Positions 9,498-18,691 of a stretch of 64,000 bases of DNA are shown here, piece after piece; positions within the stretch are counted from its first letter, which is position 1; the number at the start of each line of letters is the position of its first letter. This DNA is from Spirochaetia bacterium (GTDB taxonomy: Bacteria; Spirochaetota; Spirochaetia; SZUA-6; Bin103): assembly GCA_965203515.1 (NCBI GenBank), contig OZ241907.1, positions 4,032,001 to 4,096,000 of the forward strand. The letters run 5' to 3'. The translations under genes were made by a program, and so were the position numbers. The notes under the pieces are model-generated. The model worked only from the letters and a program-made list of their open reading frames with translations. It did not search any database and had not been told where the DNA came from.

Positions 9498-11039
9498 ATG
9501 ACGCGCCGGAAACTGCCGATCGGCATTCAGACCTTCCGCAAGCTCCGCGAGGACGACTGCTACTACGTCGACAAGACCGCCTTCATCCTCCGCCTGACGC
9601 GCGCCGGCACGCATTACTTCCTGTCCCGCCCGCGCCGCTTCGGCAAGAGCCTGCTGGTCGACACCATCAAGGAACTGTTCGAAGGCAACGAGGAACTGTT
9701 CCGCGGCCTGTACGTGCACGACCACTGGGAGTGGTCGAAACGCCGCCCGGTGGTGCGCCTCGACTTCGGCGGCGGCGACTACTCGGCGCCGGACGGTCTG
9801 CAAGAAGACCTGGCCGATCAGTTGACGGCGCTCGAGACGGCCGCCGGCGCCAGCGCGCGCAGCGCCTCCGCGCCGATCCGCTTCCGGCGCCTGCTGGAGG
9901 AGCTGCACCGGAGCGCCGGCCGGCGGGTGGCGGTGCTGGTCGACGAGTACGACAAGCCGATCCTGGACGCGCTGGGGACGCCGGCGATCGCGGCCGCCAA
10001 CCGCCGGCTCTTGCGCAGCCTGTACTCGAACGTGAAGTTCGCCGACGCGCACATCCACTTCACGCTGCTGACCGGGGTGAGCAAGTTCTCCAAGGTCAGC
10101 GTCTTCTCCGGCCTCAACAATCTGATCGACATCACGCTGGATCCGCGCTATGCGGCGATCTGCGGCTACACCGAAGCGGATCTCGACATGGTGTTCGCGC
10201 CGGAGTTGGCCGGGCTGGACCGCGAACGGATCCGCGATTGGTACAACGGCTATAACTGGCGCGGTGACGATCGGGTCTACAACCCGTTCGACATCCTGCT
10301 GCTGTTCGACCGCCGGGAATTCGCCGCCCATTGGTTCGAGACCGGTACGCCGTCGTTTCTGATCGACATCCTGATCAAGCGCGGGGTCGCCTCGCCGGAG
10401 CTGGACGGTATGCTGGCCGGTGACGACCTGCTGTCCGCGTTCGACGTGGAGGAGATGGAGCCGGCGGCGCTGCTGTTCCAGACCGGCTACCTGACGATCC
10501 GGGACGTCGAAGATGACGACGGTGAGGCGCTCTACCGCCTCGGCTATCCCAACCGCGAGGTACGCCAGAGCCTCAACCGGAGCCTGCTCCGCGCGCTCGG
10601 CGCCGCCGGTCAGGCCGCGGACCGCCCACGCTTGCGCCGGCTGCTGGCGGCGAACGACTTCGCCGGGTTGGAGGCGCTGTTCCGGGCGTTCTTCGCCGGC
10701 ATCCCCTACGAGTGGCACACGCGCAACGACATCGCGCGCTACGAGGGCTACTACGCGAGCGTCTGCTATTCCTGGTTCGCGGCGGTGGGATTGGACGTCA
10801 CGGTCGAGGATTCGAGCAGCCGCGGGCGGGTCGACCTGGCGGTGCGGTACCGGGGCAACGTCTATCTGTTCGAGTTCAAGGTGGTGGAGCTGGCACCTGA
10901 GGGCGCGGCGCTGGCGCAGTTGCAGGCGCGCGGCTACGCGGAGAAGTACCGCGGCCTGGGCGAACCGATCCACCTGCTCGGCGTGGAGTTCAGCCGCGCG
11001 ACGCGCACCATCGCCGCCTTCGAGGTGGCCCGCGCCTGA
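9498..11039 (+). CDS. AAA-ATPase-like + PD-(D/E)XK nuclease protein (copy 3)
   Basis: Same motifs as copy 1. Confidence 0.9.
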   Translation: MTRRKLPIGIQTFRKLREDDCYYVDKTAFILRLTRAGTHYFLSRPRRFGKSLLVDTIKELFEGNEELFRGLYVHDHWEWSKRRPVVRLDFGGGDYSAPDGLQEDLADQLTALETAAGASARSASAPIRFRRLLEELHRSAGRRVAVLVDEYDKPILDALGTPAIAAANRRLLRSLYSNVKFADAHIHFTLLTGVSKFSKVSVFSGLNNLIDITLDPRYAAICGYTEADLDMVFAPELAGLDRERIRDWYNGYNWRGDDRVYNPFDILLLFDRREFAAHWFETGTPSFLIDILIKRGVASPELDGMLAGDDLLSAFDVEEMEPAALLFQTGYLTIRDVEDDDGEALYRLGYPNREVRQSLNRSLLRALGAAGQAADRPRLRRLLAANDFAGLEALFRAFFAGIPYEWHTRNDIARYEGYYASVCYSWFAAVGLDVTVEDSSSRGRVDLAVRYRGNVYLFEFKVVELAPEGAALAQLQARGYAEKYRGLGEPIHLLGVEFSRATRTIAAFEVARA

Positions 11040-11102
11040 CGCCCCGCCCCAGCGCCGGCGTGCCGTTCGACGGCGCGCCTGCGCGGTCAGGAAACCATGA
11101 GG

Positions 11103-11225
11103 CTGGCGCTGGCGCCGTTGCCGGAATACGCGATCGCCGGCCTCCGCACCGGCCAGTTCATCAGCGGGGAGGGCCAGCTCTGGAGCGCGGAGATCAAGGC
11201 GCCGGCCGCGGCGCAGGGGCCGTGA
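11103..11225 (+). pseudogene. Orphan 3' end of the shared C-terminal module
   Basis: ALAPLPEYAIAGLRTGQFISGEGQLWSAEIKAPAAAQGP* matches the end of the 16258-18609 gene. Confidence 0.75.
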
Positions 11226-11307
11226 GGCCGGCGGATGAGCGGATGATAGCCGCGCGCCGTTCGGCTATCATGGCCGCACCGTGACCGCGCCGCACCGAGA
11301 CGCGCCC

Positions 11308-11580
11308 ATGACGCGCAGGAAGCTGCCGACCGGCATTCAGACCTTCCGCAAGCTCCGCGAGGACGACTGCTACTACGTCGACAAGACCGCCTTCATCCTG
11401 CGCTTGATGCGGGGAGGCACGCACTACTCCGTCGCGCCCGCGGCGGTTCGGCAAGAGCCTGCTGCTGGACACCATCAAGGAACTGTTCGAGGGCAGCGAG
11501 GAGCTGTTCCGCGGCCTGCACGTGCACGACCACTCGGAGTGGTCCAAGCGCCGCCCGGTGGTGCGCCTCGACTTCGGCGC
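11308..11580 (+). pseudogene. Frameshifted, truncated AAA-ATPase gene (5' ~270 bp)
   Basis: MTRRKLPTGIQTF..., frameshift near 11428, homology ends after RRPVVRLDFG. Confidence 0.85.
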
Positions 11581-11740
11581 TGGCGCCGGCCGGCGTGCAG
11601 CCGAACGGGCGGTCAGCCCCCACCAAGTGACGTGCCCATGTTCGAGGAAGGTTTACGTGCGGCAAAGCAAGAAAAATGCAGCAGAGCAAATGAAATATGC
11701 CGAGCAGGTTGACACCTGATGGCAATACGAGGCATCCTGT

Positions 11741-11828
11741 CGCCGAACCGCCGAACCGCCGAACCGCCGAACCGCCGAACCGCCGAACCGCCGAACCGCC
11801 GAACCGCCGAACCGCCGAACCGCCGAAC
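11741..11828 (+). repeat. Perfect tandem repeat (CGCCGAAC)x11
   Basis: 88 bp; flanks homologous to those of the 6903 repeat. Confidence 0.95.
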
Positions 11829-11872
11829 CGCCGTGGCGTGACGCGCTCGTCGCGCTCATCGCGTTCGCGGCG

Positions 11873-14158
11873 GTGGGTGCCGCCGTCCTCGACGACTACG
11901 GCGTGGCGCACGATACGCTCAAGCAGCGCCGCATCGGCCAGATGGCGGTCGCCTACGCGCTGGGCGACGCCGGCGCTCTGCCGGACCACCATGACCGATA
12001 CTACGGAGTCGCGTTCGAAGCTCCGCTGATCCTGGTCGAGCGGCTGCTCGGCCTCACCGACAGCCGCGCCATCTACCTCAGCCGCCACCTGCTGACCCAC
12101 CTGTCCTTCCTCACCGGCGGCTTCTTCTGCTGGCTGCTCGCCTTCCGCCTGTTCCGCGACCGCCGCCTGGCGCTGTTCGCCCTGCTGCTGTTCCTGCTGC
12201 AGCCCCGCCTGTACGCCCACTCCTTCTTCAACACCAAGGACATCCCCTTCCTGGTCATGTTCATGATCGCGCTCTACCTGACGCAGCGCGCCTTCCGCCG
12301 CGACACCGCGGGCGCGTTCGCGCTCTGCGGGCTGAGCGTGGGCGTGCTGGTCAACCTGCGGGTCATGGGCCTGCTGCTGTGCGCGGCGGTGCCGGCGCTG
12401 CGGGCGCTTGATCTGCTGCGGGCCGACGGGCCGGGGGAGCGGCGCCGCGCGCTGGCGACCGCCGGCGCGTTCCTGCTGGCTGCGGCGGCGGCCCTGTACG
12501 CGGTTTCCCCCAATCTCTGGCGCAACCCGCTGGAGCTGATCGACGCCGTCGCCACGTTCACGCACCATCCCTCCCGCAGTGCGACGCTGTTCCAGGGCGA
12601 GCTGGTGCGCTGGCCGGAGATTCCGCCGCACTACCTGCCCACCTGGATGGCGATCACCACGCCGCCGGCCACCCTGCTGCTGTGCCTGTTCGGCGTCGCG
12701 GCCGTGATCGGTCGCGGCGCCGCCCGCCCCGGTGCACTGGTCCGCAATACCGGCGTGCGCTTCCTGTTCCTGCTGCTCGCCTGCCTGCTGCTCCCGATCG
12801 CCGCCGTCATGGCGCTGCGCTCCAACCTCTACAACGGTTGGCGGCACATGTACTTCCTGTACGCCCCGCTGTGCCTGCTGGCGGTCTTCGGCCTGCGCCG
12901 GCTGCTCGCCGCCGCTCCCCAACCGTGGCTGCGGCGCGGACTCTACGCTCTGGCCGCGGCGGCGCTGGCCGGCATGGCGGTCGACATCGCGCGCCTCCAT
13001 CCCCATCAACAGGCCTACTTCAACTTCCTGGTCGACCGCCGCACCCCGGAGCGCCTGAACACCCGCTATCAGGTGATGTATTGGGGCACCCAGTACCGGG
13101 AAGGGCTGGAATTTCTGCTCGAACGCTATCCCGAGTCGCCGAGCTACGTGGACCGGACCTTCGTCTGGAGTCACAACGTGCGGCGCAATGCGTCCATCCT
13201 GCCGGCGGAGGAACGGCGCCGGCTATTCATTGCCGACGAAGCAGGCAGGGCGGCCGACTTCTCCTTCGCCACCGATTACCGGCATCTTGGCACGGAACCG
13301 CCGTTCGGTCCGGTCCTCTACGCGCGCCGTATCTACCACAACACCGTGCTCGCGGTCACCGCAGTCGACCTGTCCCGGGTCGACCAGGCCACCGCCGACC
13401 GCTATCGCCAAGCGTACCGCGCGACGGTCGCCGGGGAGCCGCTATTCCGGTCGGAGTTCGACCTCTATCTCGACGGCCGGACGCTGACCTACGTCAAGGA
13501 AGCGTGCCGCCCGGAGGATACCGCGCATCCGTTCACGCTACGGGCCGCTCCCGTCGAGGTCGATGATCTTCCCCTGATCCGCCGCGACGGCGGCCGGTAT
13601 CCGTTCACCTTCCGGTTTGGCCACTACGGGGTGCGCTTCGACGGGCGGTGTATGATACGCCGCATCTTGCCGGACTACCCGATCCGGGCGCTCGAAATCG
13701 GCCGGCTGGTCCCCGGCGCAGGCGCCCTGATAGAAGCGACCATCGACCTTGCCGCGGCGGAACCGTCCGTGAGCCGGTATTGGCAGGCGCATCAGGCGAT
13801 CGCCGCCGGGGACCGGGGCGAGCCGGCCGCCCGCGCCGCCTTCGACCTCTATCTCGACGGCGGCGTGCTGACCTACCACAAGGAGCCGTGCACGGCGGAG
13901 GACCTGCGGGAGCGGTTCTTCCTGCACGTGATTCCGGTGGCCGCGGAGGACCTTGCCGCGCAGGATCGGCCGCACGGCTTCGAGATCCGGGACTTCGACT
14001 ACCGGGAACATGGGGTGCGGCTCGGCGAAGCGTGCGTGGCGCTGGCGCCGTTGCCGGAATACGCGATCGCCGGCCTCCGCACCGGCCAGTTCATCAGCGG
14101 GCAGGGCCAGCTCTGGAGCGCGGAGATCGAGGCGCCGGCCGCGGCGCAGGGGCCGTGA
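11873..14158 (+). CDS. GT-C membrane glycosyltransferase (copy 2; the frame is open back to a TGA at 11717 with no start before TM1)
   Basis: Same motifs as copy 1; first C-terminal module is divergent. Confidence 0.78.
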   Translation: MGAAVLDDYGVAHDTLKQRRIGQMAVAYALGDAGALPDHHDRYYGVAFEAPLILVERLLGLTDSRAIYLSRHLLTHLSFLTGGFFCWLLAFRLFRDRRLALFALLLFLLQPRLYAHSFFNTKDIPFLVMFMIALYLTQRAFRRDTAGAFALCGLSVGVLVNLRVMGLLLCAAVPALRALDLLRADGPGERRRALATAGAFLLAAAAALYAVSPNLWRNPLELIDAVATFTHHPSRSATLFQGELVRWPEIPPHYLPTWMAITTPPATLLLCLFGVAAVIGRGAARPGALVRNTGVRFLFLLLACLLLPIAAVMALRSNLYNGWRHMYFLYAPLCLLAVFGLRRLLAAAPQPWLRRGLYALAAAALAGMAVDIARLHPHQQAYFNFLVDRRTPERLNTRYQVMYWGTQYREGLEFLLERYPESPSYVDRTFVWSHNVRRNASILPAEERRRLFIADEAGRAADFSFATDYRHLGTEPPFGPVLYARRIYHNTVLAVTAVDLSRVDQATADRYRQAYRATVAGEPLFRSEFDLYLDGRTLTYVKEACRPEDTAHPFTLRAAPVEVDDLPLIRRDGGRYPFTFRFGHYGVRFDGRCMIRRILPDYPIRALEIGRLVPGAGALIEATIDLAAAEPSVSRYWQAHQAIAAGDRGEPAARAAFDLYLDGGVLTYHKEPCTAEDLRERFFLHVIPVAAEDLAAQDRPHGFEIRDFDYREHGVRLGEACVALAPLPEYAIAGLRTGQFISGQGQLWSAEIEAPAAAQGP

Positions 14159-14238
14159 AGCCGGCGGATGAGCGGATGATAGCCGCGCCGTTCGGCTATC
14201 ATGGCCGCACCGTGACCGCGCCGCACCGAGACGCGCCC

Positions 14239-16140
14239 ATGACGCGCAGGAAGCTGCGGACCGGCATTCTAGCGGCTGCGTTGATCGTGGTCGGCGCGGC
14301 GCTGGCGTCCGCGGACGCCGTCCTGCGCCACGGCGCGTCGGTCAGCGAGCGCAACGCGCTGATCGTCGAGGTGCGGGTGGCGCTGGCGCGCGCGGCGCGG
14401 GTGTTCGTCGAGTACGACAACCCGCAGGCCGGCCGCTACCGCACGCCGCTGAGCGAGCCGGGCGCGGCGCACGTCATCCCGCTCGTCCGGCTGCGCCCGG
14501 AGACGACCTACGACTACACCATCTTCGTGGTGGACGGCTCCGTAACGGACGAGGCCGCGGTCGACGGCGCGCATGCGACCGCCGGGCCGCGCGGCCGGTT
14601 CACCACCGGACCGCTGCCGCTGGCCCTCGCCGCCATCCCGATGCAGGTGCGCGGCAGGAGCTCGCAGCCGCTCATCCTGTCCGATCAACCGCGCGCGTAC
14701 TACGTCTTCCAGGACGAAGTGGGCGGAATAGTCTGGTACCATTACCATGAAGGGCTCGTCGGCCCCATCGCGCAGTTGCCCGCCGGCAGCTTGCTCTTCG
14801 CGCGCGGAGGCAGTCTGGTCGAGATCACCCCACTGGGAGCAGTGGTCAACCGGTTCGCGCGGGGTGGCGCCGCGGGGAATCCCCACCACGACGTCGCCGT
14901 GCTCGACGCCGAACGCGTGATCTACCTGAGCCGGGCACGCTTCGTCTTCGACGACTCGGCGAACGGCGGGCCGGCGCAGGATGCGTCCGGGTTCGCCGAC
15001 CAGCTGCGCGTCTGGGACCGGGGAAGCGGACACTTCGAGCAGGTTTGGGACTCGACGGACGCCTGGGACCTGCTGGACCCGGCCCAGCGCGGGGCGAGGA
15101 CCCGCACCGGCAGCAACTTCAGTTGGACGCACCTCAACTCGGTGAGCATCGGCCCGCGCGGCAACGTCGTCCTGTCATCGCGCGCGCGCAATCAGGTGGT
15201 CTCGCTCAGCGTGGACTCGTGGACGATCGAATGGCAACTGAACGGACCGGACAGCGATTACCAGTTCCCGAACCCGAACGACCGGTTCTACGGGCAGCAC
15301 ACCGCGGCGCAGCTCGACGACGGCAACGTACTGCTGTTCGACAACGGCCGGGGCCGTCCCGACGCCGAGGGCGGCGCCTACTCGCGCGCGCTGGAGCTGC
15401 GGCTGGACGAGGCGGCCGGCACCGCGGTGAAGGTGTGGGAGTACCGGCCGACGCCGGATATCTACTCGGCGAGCGGGAGCAGCGCCTACCGGCTGAGCAA
15501 CGGCAATACGCTGATCAACTTCGTCGCGAGATTGAGCGACCCGCCGATGACCGTGGTCGAGGTGGACGCGGCCGGCAACGAAGTGTTCCGGGTCGTTGCC
15601 CGGCAACGGTACGTGCCGCGGCCGCACTCCTCGCGGCGGTACCGGGCCTACGGCGGCATCGAGTCGATCATGGGCGAGACCATGCTGCGGCCGCCGGCGG
15701 CGGCGCCCGCATACGCGCGCGCCGCAACGTTCGAGAAGGAGTACTACCTGGCCAAGGAGCGGGCGCGGTTCGAGGAGCTGGCGGCGGCCCTGGACGGTCG
15801 GCAGCGCGCCGCCGGCGGGGTGTTCGACCTGTATCTGGCCGGGGACCGGCTGGTGTACGCGAAGGAGCCCTGCGCTCGGGCGGATGTCCGGGAGCGCTTC
15901 TTCCTGCACGTCTTTCCGGCCGGCGAAGACGATCTGGCCGCCGACAGCCGGGAGCAGGGGTTCGACAACCTCGACTTCGATTTCTGGACGCGCGGCGTGC
16001 TCTGGGACGGCGCCTGCCTGGTAGCCGCGACACTCCCGGAGTATGAGATCGTCCGCCTCCGCACCGGCCAGTTCATCAGCGGGCAGGGCCAGCTCTGGGC
16101 GGCGGAGATCGAGGCGCCGGCCGCGGCGCGGAAACCGTGA
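14239..16140 (+). CDS. ASST-like protein (copy 2) whose start MTRRKLRTGI derives from the AAA gene
   Basis: PHHD, WTHLNS, SSR, GQH motifs; ATG 14239 lies in the AAA-type leader. Confidence 0.82.
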   Translation: MTRRKLRTGILAAALIVVGAALASADAVLRHGASVSERNALIVEVRVALARAARVFVEYDNPQAGRYRTPLSEPGAAHVIPLVRLRPETTYDYTIFVVDGSVTDEAAVDGAHATAGPRGRFTTGPLPLALAAIPMQVRGRSSQPLILSDQPRAYYVFQDEVGGIVWYHYHEGLVGPIAQLPAGSLLFARGGSLVEITPLGAVVNRFARGGAAGNPHHDVAVLDAERVIYLSRARFVFDDSANGGPAQDASGFADQLRVWDRGSGHFEQVWDSTDAWDLLDPAQRGARTRTGSNFSWTHLNSVSIGPRGNVVLSSRARNQVVSLSVDSWTIEWQLNGPDSDYQFPNPNDRFYGQHTAAQLDDGNVLLFDNGRGRPDAEGGAYSRALELRLDEAAGTAVKVWEYRPTPDIYSASGSSAYRLSNGNTLINFVARLSDPPMTVVEVDAAGNEVFRVVARQRYVPRPHSSRRYRAYGGIESIMGETMLRPPAAAPAYARAATFEKEYYLAKERARFEELAAALDGRQRAAGGVFDLYLAGDRLVYAKEPCARADVRERFFLHVFPAGEDDLAADSREQGFDNLDFDFWTRGVLWDGACLVAATLPEYEIVRLRTGQFISGQGQLWAAEIEAPAAARKP

Positions 16141-16257
16141 GGCCGCGAATGAGCGGATGATAACCGCTCGGCGTTCAGGCTATGGCCGCGTGGCAATGCG
16201 GCATCTCTCGACGGCGTTCCGCATGAGCTTGATCCTCGGCTTGGCGGTGAATCGGTA

Positions 16258-18609
16258 GTGGTAATCCTGTTGTCGAACCGCCGAACCGCCGGCTTGCCGT
16301 GGCGTGACGCGCTCATCGCGCTCATCGCGTTCGCAGCGGTGGGCGCCGCCGTCCTCGACGACTACGGCGTGGCGTCGGATACGCCCTATCAGCGCCGCCT
16401 GGGCCAAGCGGCGATCGCCTACGCGCAGGGCGCAACCGGCGCCCTGCCGGCAGGCCATGACCGGTACTACGGAGCCGCATTCGAAGCGCCGCTGATCCTG
16501 GTCGAGCGGCTGCTCGGCCTCACCGACAGCCGCGCCGTCTACCTCAGCCGCCGCCTGCTGACTCACCTGTTCTTCCTCACCGGCGGCTTCTTCTGCTGGC
16601 TGCTCGCCTTCCGCCTGTTCCGCGACCGCCGCTTGGCGCTGTTCGCCCTGCTGCTGTTCCTGCTGCAGCCCCGCCTGTACGCGCACTCCTTCTTCAACAC
16701 CAAGGACATCCCCTTCCTGGCGATGTTCATGATCGCGCTCTACCTGACGCAGCGCGCCTTCCGCCGCGACACCGCCGGCGCGTTCGCGCTCTGCGGGCTG
16801 AGCGTGGGCGTGCTGGTCAACCTGCGGGTCATGGGCCTGCTGCTGTGCGCGGCGGTGCCGGCGCTGCGAGCGCTTGATCTGCTGCGGGCCGGCGGGCCGG
16901 CGGAGCGGCGGCGCGCGCTGGCGACCGCCGGCGCGTTCCTGCTGGCCGCGGCGGCGGCCCTGTACGCGGTCTCGCCCCATCTCTGGCGCAACCCGTTCGA
17001 GCTGATCGACGCCGTCGTCACGCTGGCGCACCATCCCATCCGCGCTTGGATGTTGTTTCAGGGCGAGTTGGTGCGCTGGCCGGAGATTCCGCCGCACTAC
17101 CTGCCCACCTGGATGGCGATCACCACGCCGCCGGCGGCGCTGCTGCTGAGCCTGGCCGGGATCGGCGCCGTGCTCGGGCGCGGCATGATCCGCCCGCGCG
17201 CCGCGCTCCGCAACACCCCCGTCACGCGCTTCGGGGTGCTGCTGGTTGCCTGTCCGGCGCTGTCGATCGCGGCCGTCATCGTGGTCAACTCCAACCTCTA
17301 CCACGGCTGGCGGCACATGTACTTCCTGGCCGCGCCGCTGTGCCTGCTGGCGGTCTACGGCATGCGCTGGCTGCTGGCAGCCGCGCGCCGGCCGTGGCTG
17401 CGGCGCGGCGTCTACGCGCTGGCGGCGGCGGCGCTGGCCGGCATGGCGGTCGACCTCGCGCGCCTGCATCCCTATCAGCACGTATACTTCAACTTCCTGG
17501 TGGACCGCCGTACCCCCGAATACCTGCGCACCCGCTACGAGATGAACCACTATGGAACGGCGCAACGGGATGGGCTGGAGTATCTGCTCCGGCACCACCC
17601 GACGGCAACCGTCCACGTCGTCCCACCTCAGCCGACCTTGATCAGAAATCTGGGACTGCTCCCCGCGGCCGAGCGGCGCAGAATCGTCATCGCCGACCGC
17701 GCGCCCGACGTAGCGAACCATTACTACGTCATCACCAGCGCTACGCTCGCCGATCAGCGCCGCAGATTCCCGTTTTCGTCCGTGGTATACGCGCGCCGCA
17801 TCTACCACAACGTCATCCTCACGGTTGCCAGACTCGACCCGTCGCCGGGAGACGATACCGCAGCCGCATTCCGGTCAGCGTACCGCTCCACACGGTCGCG
17901 GGAGCCGACCGCCAGCTCGCACTTCGACCTGTATCTCGACGGCGCGACGCTCACCTACGTCAAGAACCGATGCGCGCCGGAAGACGTGCAGGAGAAGTTC
18001 TTCCTGCACGTCTTCCCGGCGAACACCGCCGACCTTCCCGCGTCTCAGCAGGGGTTCGACAACCTGGATTTCTACTTCTACGAGGGCGGCGCGCGGCTCG
18101 ACGGCGCCTGCATGGCGGTCGTGGTACTGCCCGACTACGAGTTCACGCGCATCCGCACCGGGCAGTTCGTTCGGGTGGGCGGGCGGCAGCTCTGGAGCGT
18201 GGAGTTCCCGGCCGGACCGACCGCGCAGCGCTATTGGGAGGCGCGCGCCGCGATCCGCTCCGGCGCCTGGGGAGCACCGGCCCGCGGGGTCTTCGACCTC
18301 TATCACGCCGGAAGGGTGCTGGCGTACCACAAGGAGCCGTGCACCGAGGAGGACGTGCGGGAACGGTTCTTCCTGCACGTGATCCCGGCGGACGCGCGGG
18401 ACCTGTCCCCGCAACACCGGCCGCACGGCTTCGAGAACGTCGGCTTCGACTACCGGGAATACGGAGCGCTGCTCGGCGAAGCATGCGTGATCCTGGCGCC
18501 GTTGCCGGAGTACGCGATCGCCGGCCTCCGCACCGGCCAGTTCATCAGCGGGGAGGGCCAGCTCTGGAGCGCGGAGATCAAGGCGCCGGCCGCGGCGCAG
18601 GGGCCGTGA
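16258..18609 (+). CDS. GT-C membrane glycosyltransferase (copy 3)
   Basis: Same motifs; about two CGCCGAAC-type units at the 5' end. Confidence 0.8.
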   Translation: MVILLSNRRTAGLPWRDALIALIAFAAVGAAVLDDYGVASDTPYQRRLGQAAIAYAQGATGALPAGHDRYYGAAFEAPLILVERLLGLTDSRAVYLSRRLLTHLFFLTGGFFCWLLAFRLFRDRRLALFALLLFLLQPRLYAHSFFNTKDIPFLAMFMIALYLTQRAFRRDTAGAFALCGLSVGVLVNLRVMGLLLCAAVPALRALDLLRAGGPAERRRALATAGAFLLAAAAALYAVSPHLWRNPFELIDAVVTLAHHPIRAWMLFQGELVRWPEIPPHYLPTWMAITTPPAALLLSLAGIGAVLGRGMIRPRAALRNTPVTRFGVLLVACPALSIAAVIVVNSNLYHGWRHMYFLAAPLCLLAVYGMRWLLAAARRPWLRRGVYALAAAALAGMAVDLARLHPYQHVYFNFLVDRRTPEYLRTRYEMNHYGTAQRDGLEYLLRHHPTATVHVVPPQPTLIRNLGLLPAAERRRIVIADRAPDVANHYYVITSATLADQRRRFPFSSVVYARRIYHNVILTVARLDPSPGDDTAAAFRSAYRSTRSREPTASSHFDLYLDGATLTYVKNRCAPEDVQEKFFLHVFPANTADLPASQQGFDNLDFYFYEGGARLDGACMAVVVLPDYEFTRIRTGQFVRVGGRQLWSVEFPAGPTAQRYWEARAAIRSGAWGAPARGVFDLYHAGRVLAYHKEPCTEEDVRERFFLHVIPADARDLSPQHRPHGFENVGFDYREYGALLGEACVILAPLPEYAIAGLRTGQFISGEGQLWSAEIKAPAAAQGP

Positions 18610-18691
18610 GGCTGGCGGATGAGCGGATGATAGCCGCGTGCCGTTCGGCTATCATGGCCGCACCGTGACCGCGCCGCACCGAGACGCGCCC

